Below are positions 1 through 8,557 of a DNA stretch of 34,477 nt, one piece after another. The notes beneath the pieces were generated by a model. The model was given only the letters and a program-made list of their open reading frames with translations, made no database searches and had not been told where the DNA came from. Position numbers and translations under genes: made by a program. Source of the stretch: a virus (lineage: Duplodnaviria; Heunggongvirae; Uroviricota; Caudoviricetes); IMG/VR virus record IMGVR_UViG_2667527818_000007; one strand, 5' to 3'. Numbering within the stretch: the first letter of the stretch is position 1; each line of letters begins with the position of its first letter.

Positions 1-318
1 ATGAAAAAGATAGCTGCTATATCATTAATTAGTATTTTTATTATGTCTGGTTGTGCTGTGCATAATGATGAGACAAGTATCGGTAAATTTGGTCTTGCAT
101 ATAAAAGTAATATTCAGCGTAAACTCGATAACCAATACTACACCGAAGCCGAAGCTTCTTTAGCCAGGGGTAGAATATCTGGTGCAGAAAATATAGTAAA
201 AAATGATGCAACTCATTTCTGTGTTACTCAGGGCAAAAAAATGCAAATAGTTGAGCTGAAGACAGAAGGTGTAGGATTACATGGTGTCGCTCGTCTGACA
301 TTCAAATGTGGAGAGTGA
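1..318 (+). CDS. small putative lipoprotein (105 aa), function unknown
   Basis: Intact ORF with N-terminal hydrophobic signal ending in lipobox-like ...IMSGC; AT-rich; lies outside the prophage on the bacterial side of attL. Identity not recognised with certainty. Confidence 0.45.
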   Translation: MKKIAAISLISIFIMSGCAVHNDETSIGKFGLAYKSNIQRKLDNQYYTEAEASLARGRISGAENIVKNDATHFCVTQGKKMQIVELKTEGVGLHGVARLTFKCGE

Positions 319-477
319 GAATATTTTTTGGTAAGCGTCAAATATGCGCGTTCTGGCTGTGCGTAGCCGGAACCTGTGGGAGCACGATGCCGATAAGTGA
401 AAGGCATCGTGCTATGAAGGAGGATTCTATCGATGTGGTCAATGGAAGACGGTTACCAGAGATAGGGCTTATGCATA

Positions 478-504
478 AAAAAATAAGCCCGTGTAAGGGA
501 GATT
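478..504. repeat. attL core: 27-bp direct repeat aaaaaataagcccgtgtaagggagatt (identical copy at 32945..32971)
   Basis: Exact 27-bp match at both prophage ends, directly next to int on the left and to cyaR on the right; matches my recollection of the P2 att core. Confidence 0.85.
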
Positions 505-583
505 TAGGGTGTCACCAGTAGGGGCTTTCAACGGTACAATGCGGGTTTGAGCGGCATAAATTACCACTGAAAGCCCTTAAACG

Positions 584-1597
584 TTACTCTACTGTGGACA
601 CTGTGTGGACACTCTCGGCCTCAGTACCACCTCTTAGCGGATTAAGAGAAATGGCGTCCTGAAGGTACTCTGGCGCAAAATGAGCGTAAACCATAGTTTG
701 CTCAATCCGCGTGTGACCTAGTATCCGTTGTAGCGTGATAATACTTCCTCCATTAATCATGAAATGAGTGGCAAAGCTGTGCCTTAGTGCATGTGTGGCT
801 TGCCCCATTGGCAAATCCGGTTTTATTGCTTTCATTGTTCGTCTGAAGCGAGGGTAATCAGCATCAGGGAATAAAAAACCTCGTTTGTTATCCGCGATCA
901 TTTTGGCAACAGCCTCTGAGATCGGGACGGTGCGTGGTTTGTTTGTTTTCGTTTTAACAAACGTGACGCGGTTATGGATGATATTTTCTGCTTTCAAACG
1001 AGCTGCTTCTCCCCAACGTGCTCCAGTACTCAGGCAAAGAATCGCAATCTTTTTGTTGTCGCCGTCAAGAGCAGCAAGCAGTAAGGCAATTTCTTCCTGC
1101 GTGAGATAGCCTGTGTCTGGTTTTTCCTCCTTAAGCCTTTTTGTCCCTCTGATAGGGTGCTCACCAAAGAATAACTCCGCTTCAATCAGGGCTGTAAACA
1201 TGCCGCTAATACATGTTAAATCACGATTGATACTCGAAGGTTTAATACCCTGACTTCTTCGGGTGGCGCAGTACTGGCTGATAAGCGATTTCGTAATTTG
1301 AAATGCGCATGGGTCATTCGTTATTTTTGTGAAGATTTCAATTTTTCCAAGATTAGATTTCCCATGCTCTTCGTGTTTACCCTTTAAATCCCACCAGATC
1401 TGTGTCAGCTCCGACAGACGTCGCTTGTCTGTTGGTTTTGATAGCCATTCTTTATTGTGGTGGTTGTACAACGTGTATTTCTCGAAAGCGACAGCTTCGC
1501 TTTTCTTATCAAACTTCCTACGGATGCGTTTTCCATTACGTCCAGTAGGGCGGATGTCCACTTCATATCGACCATCATCGAGTTTTTTGATTGCCAT
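584..1597 (-). CDS. int: tyrosine integrase (337 aa)
   Basis: Same length as P2 Int; C-terminal catalytic region with HALRHSFATH...LGHT...VYAHF (H-x-x-R and Tyr); adjacent to the att core. Confidence 0.9.
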   Translation of the reverse strand: MAIKKLDDGRYEVDIRPTGRNGKRIRRKFDKKSEAVAFEKYTLYNHHNKEWLSKPTDKRRLSELTQIWWDLKGKHEEHGKSNLGKIEIFTKITNDPCAFQITKSLISQYCATRRSQGIKPSSINRDLTCISGMFTALIEAELFFGEHPIRGTKRLKEEKPDTGYLTQEEIALLLAALDGDNKKIAILCLSTGARWGEAARLKAENIIHNRVTFVKTKTNKPRTVPISEAVAKMIADNKRGFLFPDADYPRFRRTMKAIKPDLPMGQATHALRHSFATHFMINGGSIITLQRILGHTRIEQTMVYAHFAPEYLQDAISLNPLRGGTEAESVHTVSTVE

Positions 1598-1712
1598 CAG
1601 AAAACCCTCCGAGTGGTGTGTTTTTTTGCGACTACTAATCGCTTTTTTCGTGGTGGCTGAAATTTAGCCACCAATAGTAGGCACTTGTGATGAATATATT
1701 CACGATGAATTG

Positions 1713-2012
1713 TTAACCAGTCTTTTGACCGGAGTGGGGCGACGTTGTTTCGTTTTGCCCAAAGTGTGCGAGAGCGGGCGCAATTTGCCCGGACTCAGGA
1801 GCGATCTGATTGGTCATGAACCATAAAGTGTATTTGGTGAATTGTGGGGTCTGCAGGATGTTCATCATGACATCTGTTGGAGGTGTTGAACGACCACTTT
1901 CATAGTAACTCAGCGTGCCATACGGAACCCCTGTTAAATCAGCAAGTTGTTGTCTGCTCAAATACTCTGATTTTCGCATTAAGACTATCTTCTCGCTTAT
2001 CGTGTTTGACAT
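1713..2012 (-). CDS. C: immunity repressor C (99 aa, helix-turn-helix)
   Basis: 99 aa with HTH segment LSRQQLADLTGVPYGTLSYYESG; divergent from cox, upstream of int as in P2. Confidence 0.8.
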   Translation of the reverse strand: MSNTISEKIVLMRKSEYLSRQQLADLTGVPYGTLSYYESGRSTPPTDVMMNILQTPQFTKYTLWFMTNQIAPESGQIAPALAHFGQNETTSPHSGQKTG

Positions 2013-2126
2013 GGTGTTTAGATCTCAATAGTATTTAGTTTAGATGTAGATTGTTTAGTGCTTGGATGTGGGCACTAAAAGGCATTATAAGACATTAAAC
2101 GCAATTCATGAGGGCTAGAGGACGAC
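2013..2126. promoter_or_regulatory. divergent Pc/Pe promoter-operator region of the immunity switch
   Basis: Intergenic between divergent C and cox; direct repeats gtttagat at about 2016..2023 and 2038..2045 (22-bp spacing) plus further tttag copies, consistent with C-repressor operator half-sites. Confidence 0.5.
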
Positions 2127-2402
2127 ATGAGCAAGCAAGTAACACTCATGACTGATGCGATTCCTTATCAGGAGTTCGCAAAACTAATAGGAAAATCGAC
2201 AGGAGCGGTTCGTCGGATGATCGATAAAGGAAAGCTGCCTGTAATTGATATGACCGATCCACAATCAGCTTCAGGTCGTGCAGGTGAATATTGGGTATAC
2301 CTTCCGGCATGGAATAACGGACTAAAACTGGCTTATGAAAGCCGACCTAAAGAGATTCGTGACGGCTGGTTGATGTGGTTAGGTCTCGGTGAACCACGTT
2401 AA
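2127..2402 (+). CDS. cox: Cox excision/transcription control protein (91 aa)
   Basis: 91 aa, first gene of the early rightward operon, same length and position as P2 Cox. Confidence 0.75.
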   Translation: MSKQVTLMTDAIPYQEFAKLIGKSTGAVRRMIDKGKLPVIDMTDPQSASGRAGEYWVYLPAWNNGLKLAYESRPKEIRDGWLMWLGLGEPR

Positions 2403-2412
2403 GGAGAACCGT

Positions 2413-2583
2413 ATGAATGAGCCTCGTTGTATTGCTCAGTTACTGCGTAACGAAAGCCCCAGGGCGATTGACTTCACCATCACCCACGGTAAGGGGCGTA
2501 AGGGAATCATTATCCGCACCAAAAAACAGAGTCCGTTAAAAAAGGCTCTGACCTTTCTGAAAAGCCGGAGGGTATGGAAATGA
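2413..2583 (+). CDS. small early protein (56 aa; P2 orf78-like)
   Basis: ATG at 2413 preceded by strong SD aaggag (2401..2406); the tracked ORF from 2389 is probably an upstream extension. Confidence 0.5.
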   Translation: MNEPRCIAQLLRNESPRAIDFTITHGKGRKGIIIRTKKQSPLKKALTFLKSRRVWK

Positions 2584-3080
2584 CAGTGATGACGCTCAAT
2601 CTCGTTGAAAAACAGCCAGCAGCTATGCGCCGGATAATTGGTAAGCATCTTGCCGTTCCTCGCTGGCAGGATACATGTGATTATTATAATCAGATGATGG
2701 AGCGCGAACGGCTAACAGTTTGCTTTCATGCGCAGTTAAAACAGCGTCACGCAACGATGCGTTTTGAAGAAATGAACGACGTCGAACGTGAACGACTGGT
2801 ATGTGCAATTGATGAATTGCGTGGGGCATTCTCAAAACGTCGTCAGGTCGGTGCAAGTGAGTATGCATATATTAGTTTTTTAACAGTCAGTCAGCGTCGT
2901 ACTTTATTTATGCATGCCGGATTGACTGAAAAAGAATTTAACCAGCCATACTGGCGAATTAATGAAGAGTCATGTTACTGGCGTGATGCTTTATTCCGTG
3001 CATTACGTGAATTATTCAGCCTGTTTGAGTATGCACCGACAATTCTGACGTCGGTAAAACCAGAGCAATATCTGCATTAA
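2574..3080 (+). CDS. B: replication protein B-like (168 aa; helicase-loader equivalent in P2)
   Basis: Position and length match P2 gpB (about 166 aa) in the early operon. Confidence 0.65.
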   Translation: MEMTVMTLNLVEKQPAAMRRIIGKHLAVPRWQDTCDYYNQMMERERLTVCFHAQLKQRHATMRFEEMNDVERERLVCAIDELRGAFSKRRQVGASEYAYISFLTVSQRRTLFMHAGLTEKEFNQPYWRINEESCYWRDALFRALRELFSLFEYAPTILTSVKPEQYLH

Positions 3081-3143
3081 GTAATTAACCAGAGTTTTTA
3101 ACGCACTTAATCGTGCGGGGCTTCTTTTTGCCTGGAGAAAGTT

Positions 3144-3368
3144 ATGCATACAGTTTCTGAAAATCAGTGCGGTAAATACGCATTACTGCTGCAACAGGCC
3201 AGAACCGAAGCACAGGCCGACGCTGCGACGCGCTTTTCTTCTCATCTTGATGCCATGATTCGCCACATCACAAAGGCGGAGTTATCCCGCGTGGAGATAG
3301 TCGAGCTGCTCAGTCAGGAGTCGGAAAAATTTCACAATATCGGATTGTCTCGCGGGGAGGTGCTTTGA
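3144..3368 (+). CDS. early-operon hypothetical protein (74 aa)
   Basis: ORF in the early operon; position equivalent to P2 orf80. Confidence 0.5.
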   Translation: MHTVSENQCGKYALLLQQARTEAQADAATRFSSHLDAMIRHITKAELSRVEIVELLSQESEKFHNIGLSRGEVL

Positions 3369-3670
3369 TGTCCTGTTCTCGTTCAGTTGTATTACTGAAT
3401 AACGCCTTAAAAATCGCCGTTATGAAAAATGGCGATTTGTCTCTTATTCAACTTGGTCTTGATAAAGAAAAACGCGAAATAACTGAGTCTGTTATCGCGA
3501 TTTATCAGAACGAATTAAACCTCCTGTCTGATGTGGTCAATTTGCTTGTTAAACGCGCTGTGTTTCACAAGCAAATCTCCTCCGTGGATGAACTGACGAA
3601 ATTAACGACAGAAATCGCCAGCTATTGCGCTGATGAATTTAAAAACCTTAACGACAAAAGGAACTGGTAA
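3365..3670 (+). CDS. early-operon hypothetical protein (101 aa)
   Basis: Translationally coupled (overlapping stop/start) in the early operon; position of P2 orf81. Confidence 0.5.
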   Translation: MMSCSRSVVLLNNALKIAVMKNGDLSLIQLGLDKEKREITESVIAIYQNELNLLSDVVNLLVKRAVFHKQISSVDELTKLTTEIASYCADEFKNLNDKRNW

Positions 3671-3894
3671 TGCCGGACAACGTAGATTTTATTCAGGCAC
3701 AACAGGCTGAATTACTGGAGCGCCAGATTAACGCGGCAAGGGTAAAACATTGCGGTGCTTCTGCGATGGTTTGCGAAGAGTGTGACGCGCCAATACCTGC
3801 TGCCCGTCGTGCGGCTTATCCGTCAGCCACGCGTTGTGTTTCCTGTCAGTCAGTTTTTGAAGCAAAAAACAAACATTACCGGAGAACGGCATGA
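3670..3894 (+). CDS. TraR/DksA-family C4 zinc-finger protein (74 aa)
   Basis: CEEC-x17-CVSC motif (CxxC...CxxC) typical of the TraR/DksA zinc finger; position of P2 orf82. Confidence 0.65.
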   Translation: MPDNVDFIQAQQAELLERQINAARVKHCGASAMVCEECDAPIPAARRAAYPSATRCVSCQSVFEAKNKHYRRTA

Positions 3895-4166
3895 GTATTC
3901 GTATTGAAATTGGCGAACGTTATGTCGTTACCAGTGACAGCTTTCAGTTTATTCTCCACGAGAAAAAGAGAGCTGAAAGCGGTAAAAACGCCGGTCAGGA
4001 ATGGCTGGCGGTGGTTGGTTATTACCCGAAATTAAGCCAGCTCGTTTCCGGCCTGATGCATCACGATATTCTGACCGGAAGCGCAAAGTCTTTTGCTGAT
4101 TTAAACGCGCAGGTTGAGCAACTCAGCAAGCGTTGTTCAGAGGCTTTTGGCTCATATGGCCGTTAA
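3891..4166 (+). CDS. early-operon hypothetical protein (91 aa)
   Basis: Coupled ORF upstream of gene A; position of P2 orf83. Confidence 0.5.
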   Translation: MSIRIEIGERYVVTSDSFQFILHEKKRAESGKNAGQEWLAVVGYYPKLSQLVSGLMHHDILTGSAKSFADLNAQVEQLSKRCSEAFGSYGR

Positions 4167-6432
4167 AGCCTCCGGGCGTTTTGTCCCTCCGTCAGCATTT
4201 GCCGCAGGCACCGGTAAGACGTTTACCGGTGCTTATGCATGGAACGCGCCACGCGAGGCCGTCGGGCGCGAAAGACCCCTTACACGTGACGAGATGCGTC
4301 AGGTGCAAGGTGTTTTATCCACGATTAACCGCCTGCCTTACTTTTTGCGCTCGCTGTTTACTTCACGGTATGACTACATCCGGCGCAATAAAAGCCCGGT
4401 GCACGGGTTTTATTTCCTCACATCCACTTTTCAGCGTCGTTTATGGCCGCGCATTGAGCGTGTGAATCAGCGCCATGAAATGAACACCGACGCGTCGTTG
4501 CTGTTTCTGGCAGAGCGTGATCACTATGCGCGCCTGCCGGGAATGAATGACAAGGAGCTGAAAAAGTTTGCCGCCCGTATCTCATCGCAGCTTTTCATGA
4601 TGTATGAGGAACTCAGCGATGCCTGGGTGGATGCGCATGGCGAAAAAGAATCACTGTTTACGGATGAGGCTCAGGATCACCTGTATGGTCATGTTGCTGG
4701 CGCTGCACGAGCTTTCAATATTTCCCCTCTCTACTGGAAAAAATACCGTAAAAGACAGATGACCACGAGGCAGGCATATTCTGCCATTGCCCGTCTGTTT
4801 AACGATGAGTGGTGGACTCATCAGCTTAAAGGCCAGCGTATGCGCTGGCATGAAGCGTTACTGATAGCTGTCGGGGAGGTCAATAAAGACCGTTCTCCTT
4901 ATGCCAGTAAACACGCCATTCGTGATGTGCGTGCGCGCCGCCAGGCAAATCTGGAATTTCTTAAATCGTGTGACCTTGAAAACAGGGAAACCGGCGAGCG
5001 CATCGACCTTATCAGTAAGGTGATGGGCAGTATTTCTAATCCTGAAATTCGCCGGATGGAGCTGATGAACACCATTGCCGGTATTGAGCGTTACGCCGCT
5101 GCAGAGGGTGATGTGGGGATGTTTATCACGCTGACCGCGCCGTCAAAGTATCACCCGACACGTCAGGTAGGAAAAGGCGAAAGTAAAACCGTGCAGCTTA
5201 ATCACGGCTGGAACGATGAGGCATTTAATCCAAAGGATGCGCAGCGTTATCTCTGCCGTATCTGGAGCCTGATGCGCACGGCATTCAAGGATAATGATTT
5301 ACAGGTCTACGGTTTGCGTGTCGTCGAGCCACACCACGACGGAACGCCGCACTGGCATATGATGCTTTTTTGTAATTCACGCCAGCGTAACCAGATTATC
5401 GAAATCATGCGTCGCTATGCGCTCAAAGAGGATGGCGACGAAAGAGGAGCCGCGCGAAACCGTTTTCAGGCAAAACACCTTAACCGGGGCGGTGCTGCGG
5501 GATATATCGCGAAATACATTTCAAAAAACATCGACGGCTATGCACTGGATGGTCAGCTCGATAACGACACCGGCATGCCGCTGAAAGACACTGCAGCGGC
5601 TGTTACCGCATGGGCGTCAACGTGGCGCATCCCGCAATTTAAAACGGTTGGCCTGCCGACAATGGGGGCTTACCGTGAACTACGCAAATTGCCGCGCGGC
5701 GTCAGCATTGCTGATGAGTTTGACGAGCGCGTCGAGGCTGCACGCGCCGCCGCAGACAGTGGTGATTTTGCGTTGTATATCAGCGCGCAGGGTGGGGCAA
5801 ATGTCCCGCGCGATTGTCAGACTGTCAGAGTCGCCCGTAGCCCGTCGGATGAAGTTAACGAGTACGAGGAAGAAGTCGAGAGAGTGGTCGGCATTTACGC
5901 GCCGCATCTCGGCGCGCGTCATATTCATATCACCAGAACGACGGACTGGCGCATTGTGCCGAAAGTTCCGGTCGTTGAGCCTTTGACTTTAAAAAGCGGC
6001 ATCGCCGCGCCTCGGAGTCCTGTCAATAACTGTGGAAAGCTCACCGGTGGTGATACTTCGTTACTGGCTCCCACACCTTCTGAGCACGCCGCAGCAGTGC
6101 TTAATCTGGTTGATGACGGTGTTATCGAATGGAATGACCCGGAGGTCGTGAGGGCGCTCAGAGGTGCATTAAAATACGGCCTGAGAAGACCAAACCGTCA
6201 GCAAAGAAACGGAAGCCCGTTAAAACCGCATGAAATTGCACCATCGGCCAGACTGACCCGGTCTGAACGATTGCAAATCACCCGTATCCGCGTTGACCTT
6301 GCTCAGAACGGTATCAGGCCGCAGCGATGGGAGATTGAGGCGCTGGCGCGTGGGGCAACCGTAAATTATGACGGGAAAAAATTCAGATATCCGGTCGCTG
6401 ATGAGTGGCCGGGGTTCTCGTTACCCATTTGA
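4156..6432 (+). CDS. A: rolling-circle replication initiator gpA (HUH endonuclease)
   Basis: HUH-type motif HHDGTPHWHMMLF and tyrosine-containing YIAKYISK. The tracked ORF starts at a TTG at 4114; the ATG at 4156 (MAVKASGRF...) is the more plausible start. Confidence 0.85.
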   Translation: MAVKASGRFVPPSAFAAGTGKTFTGAYAWNAPREAVGRERPLTRDEMRQVQGVLSTINRLPYFLRSLFTSRYDYIRRNKSPVHGFYFLTSTFQRRLWPRIERVNQRHEMNTDASLLFLAERDHYARLPGMNDKELKKFAARISSQLFMMYEELSDAWVDAHGEKESLFTDEAQDHLYGHVAGAARAFNISPLYWKKYRKRQMTTRQAYSAIARLFNDEWWTHQLKGQRMRWHEALLIAVGEVNKDRSPYASKHAIRDVRARRQANLEFLKSCDLENRETGERIDLISKVMGSISNPEIRRMELMNTIAGIERYAAAEGDVGMFITLTAPSKYHPTRQVGKGESKTVQLNHGWNDEAFNPKDAQRYLCRIWSLMRTAFKDNDLQVYGLRVVEPHHDGTPHWHMMLFCNSRQRNQIIEIMRRYALKEDGDERGAARNRFQAKHLNRGGAAGYIAKYISKNIDGYALDGQLDNDTGMPLKDTAAAVTAWASTWRIPQFKTVGLPTMGAYRELRKLPRGVSIADEFDERVEAARAAADSGDFALYISAQGGANVPRDCQTVRVARSPSDEVNEYEEEVERVVGIYAPHLGARHIHITRTTDWRIVPKVPVVEPLTLKSGIAAPRSPVNNCGKLTGGDTSLLAPTPSEHAAAVLNLVDDGVIEWNDPEVVRALRGALKYGLRRPNRQQRNGSPLKPHEIAPSARLTRSERLQITRIRVDLAQNGIRPQRWEIEALARGATVNYDGKKFRYPVADEWPGFSLPI

Positions 6433-6691
6433 GTAAAAACACAACGTAATTTGATATGGCATTGAATGGCTTATGCGGAGCAGTTATGGGGCAGCAGAAG
6501 GTCAATAGCATGCTGAATTAGAAGGCTAAATGCTATTGAGTGACTAGCATGTCGGTAAGGACAGCCGTTTGATCCGGGTCATAAAAGGCCATCCATTTAG
6601 TCTAATAAAATCATTGCGGGTAACCTTATGTCGACGCATAATTCGTCTTGAGCGAAGTCTTGTCAGTCTTTCATCGTATTGATGATGGGCG

Positions 6692-6722
6692 CAAAAAAAC
6701 CACCCTGGCAGGTGGTTTTTTT
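6692..6722. terminator. bidirectional intrinsic terminator
   Basis: aaaaaaaccacc-ctggca-ggtggttttttt: GC stem flanked by an A-run and a T-run; sits between the end of the A operon (+) and the 3' end of the small minus-strand ORF. Confidence 0.65.
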
Positions 6723-6734
6723 GTTTGAAGCATA

Positions 6735-6848
6735 TTAAAGCATAATGCTGACATTGATATTACTGACGTTTACTGACAAACCACTCGGACTACCGTTTGG
6801 ATAGCCAAAGAGGGCCAGAACGAGAATGCAGTAATAGCATTTCTTCAT
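6735..6848 (-). CDS. candidate small hydrophobic peptide (37 aa; MKKCYYCILVLALFGYPNGSPSGLSVNVSNINVSIML)
   Basis: ATG at 6846..6848 (minus) preceded by strong SD (caggaggcaat-ATG) and followed by the bidirectional terminator; hydrophobic N-terminus. The longer 88-aa tracked ORF is probably an upstream extension. Confidence 0.4.
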   Translation of the reverse strand: MKKCYYCILVLALFGYPNGSPSGLSVNVSNINVSIML

Positions 6849-7326
6849 ATTGCCTCCTGTAAGTAGAGGGCAACTTCCACCGGTATATGCGCTTCTTAGG
6901 TGGAATGACTTTTGAGCGAAGTCTTGCCCTGAAATAATGCTCTGTTTAAACGCAAAGTGATTTGGCATATCACCGAACAGAGAGCCGGAAAAACACAACA
7001 TATAGTATGTCGTTGTTTCTAGACATACATTCTATGTTGTGTAACAAGGGCTTTGCATTAAACATGTTTGAGATTTTATTGATGTAGCTCAAAGTAAAAA
7101 ACAGAGACTACGGATGATAAGGTCTTGAAAGCAATGTAAATTTTTTAAAGTTGCCAATTGCTTAAAAATGTACAGTTGCGGTATGGCGTACTTAAAAAGC
7201 TATGCATGCAACAAGTGAATGTTTTTGCATGCGTTGGGGATGTCCGTTCAGGCTGCGTGCGGTCAGGACTGGTGCGGATCCATAGTATCTATGCAACTGC
7301 ATTAAAACCGCCCTGTGAAGCGGGCG

Positions 7327-7345
7327 GGCGAGGCGGGGAAAGCAC
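7327..7345. other. cos site (19-nt cohesive-end sequence ggcgaggcggggaaagcac)
   Basis: Matches my recollection of the P2 cohesive end; located upstream of Q/P at the vegetative genome end, as expected. Confidence 0.6.
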
Positions 7346-7522
7346 TGCGCGCTGGCGGTGGTGCTGATTTTATTTTTTCAGCGTCTCAGCGTCTCAGCGC
7401 GTCGTGACGGCGTTTGGATTGTGCGCCGGGGCGTTGGTGTGTCTGCGGGGTGTTTTGTGCGGTGGTGAGCGTGTGAGGGCGTGATGACGGGGTGTAAAAA
7501 AGCCGCCCGCAGGCGGCGATGT

Positions 7523-8557
7523 TCAGCCGTTGTCAGTGTCCAGTGAGTAGTTTTTAAAGCGGATGACCTCCTGACCGAGCCAGCCGTTTATCTCGCGGAT
7601 CCTGTCCTGTAACGGGATAAGCTCATTGCGGACAAAGACCTTTGCCACTTTCTCAATATCACCCAGCGACCCGACGTTCTCCGGCTTGCCGCCCATCAAC
7701 TGAAAGGGGATGCGGTGCGCGTCCAGCAGGTCAGCGGCGCTGGCTTTTTTGATATTAAAAAAATCGTCCTTCGTTGCCACTTCACTGAGCGGGATAATTT
7801 TAATGCCGTCAGCTTTCCCCTGCGGGGCATAGAGAAACAGGTTTTTAAAGTTGTTGCGGCCTTTCGACTTCACCATGTTTTCGCGAAGCATTTCGATATC
7901 GTTGCGATCCTGCACGGCATCAGTGACGTACATGATATATCCGGCATGAGCGCCGTTTTCGTAATACTTGCGGCGGAACAGCGTGGCCGACTCATTCAGC
8001 CAGGCAGAGTTAAGGGCGCTGAGATATTCCGGCAGACCGTACAGCTCCTGATTAATATCCGGCTCCAGCAGGTGAAACACGGAGCCGGGCGCGAAAGGTG
8101 TCGGCTCGTTGAAGGACGGCACCCACCAGTAAACATCCTCCTCCACGCCACGGCGGGTATATTTTGCCGGTGAGGTTTCCAGTCTGATGACCTTACCGGT
8201 GGTGCTGTAACGCTTTTCCAGAAACGCATTACCGAATACCAGAAAATCCAGCACAAAGCGGCTGAAATCCTGCTGAGAAAGCCACGGGTGTGGGATAAAC
8301 GTTGAGGCCAGAATATTACGTTTGACGTAAATCGGTGAGCTGTGATGCACGGCAGCACGCAGGCTTTTTGCCAGACCGGTAAAGCTGACCGGTGGCTCAT
8401 ACCATCTGCCGTTACTGATGCACTCGACGTAATCCAGAATGTCACGGCGGTCGAGTACCGGCACCGGCTCACCAAAGGTGAATGCCTCCATTTTCGGGGC
8501 GCTGGCGGTCATTTTTTTTGCCGCAGGTTGCGGTGTTTTCCCTTTTTTCTTGCTCAT
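7523..8557 (-). CDS. Q: portal protein gpQ (344 aa)
   Basis: Same length as P2 Q; precedes the terminase gene on the minus strand, reading toward cos. Confidence 0.85.
   Translation of the reverse strand: MSKKKGKTPQPAAKKMTASAPKMEAFTFGEPVPVLDRRDILDYVECISNGRWYEPPVSFTGLAKSLRAAVHHSSPIYVKRNILASTFIPHPWLSQQDFSRFVLDFLVFGNAFLEKRYSTTGKVIRLETSPAKYTRRGVEEDVYWWVPSFNEPTPFAPGSVFHLLEPDINQELYGLPEYLSALNSAWLNESATLFRRKYYENGAHAGYIMYVTDAVQDRNDIEMLRENMVKSKGRNNFKNLFLYAPQGKADGIKIIPLSEVATKDDFFNIKKASAADLLDAHRIPFQLMGGKPENVGSLGDIEKVAKVFVRNELIPLQDRIREINGWLGQEVIRFKNYSLDTDNG

Noticed and set aside
306-521. 71-aa ORF spanning the left flank and the attL core
   Set aside because: It crosses the att junction, has no convincing ribosome-binding site, and overlaps the end of the upstream lipoprotein gene.
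4114-4155. Upstream TTG start for gene A given by the ORF track
   Set aside because: The in-frame ATG at 4156 yields the N-terminus MAVKASGRF... and reduces overlap with the preceding gene; the TTG extension is probably not translated.
6735-7001. 88-aa version of the small minus-strand ORF
   Set aside because: The upstream 51 codons lack an SD, whereas the internal ATG at 6848 has a near-consensus SD; the shorter 37-aa form is preferred, still at modest confidence.
7158-7367. 69-aa ORF overlapping the cos site
   Set aside because: It covers the GC-rich cos region and reads through the cohesive-end sequence; no SD. Likely non-coding.
7379-7399. Short tandem repeat cagcgtct x about 2.6 near cos, considered as a possible CRISPR-like array
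   Set aside because: Only 8-bp units with no spacers; far too short for CRISPR. Probably part of the terminase recognition region near cos.
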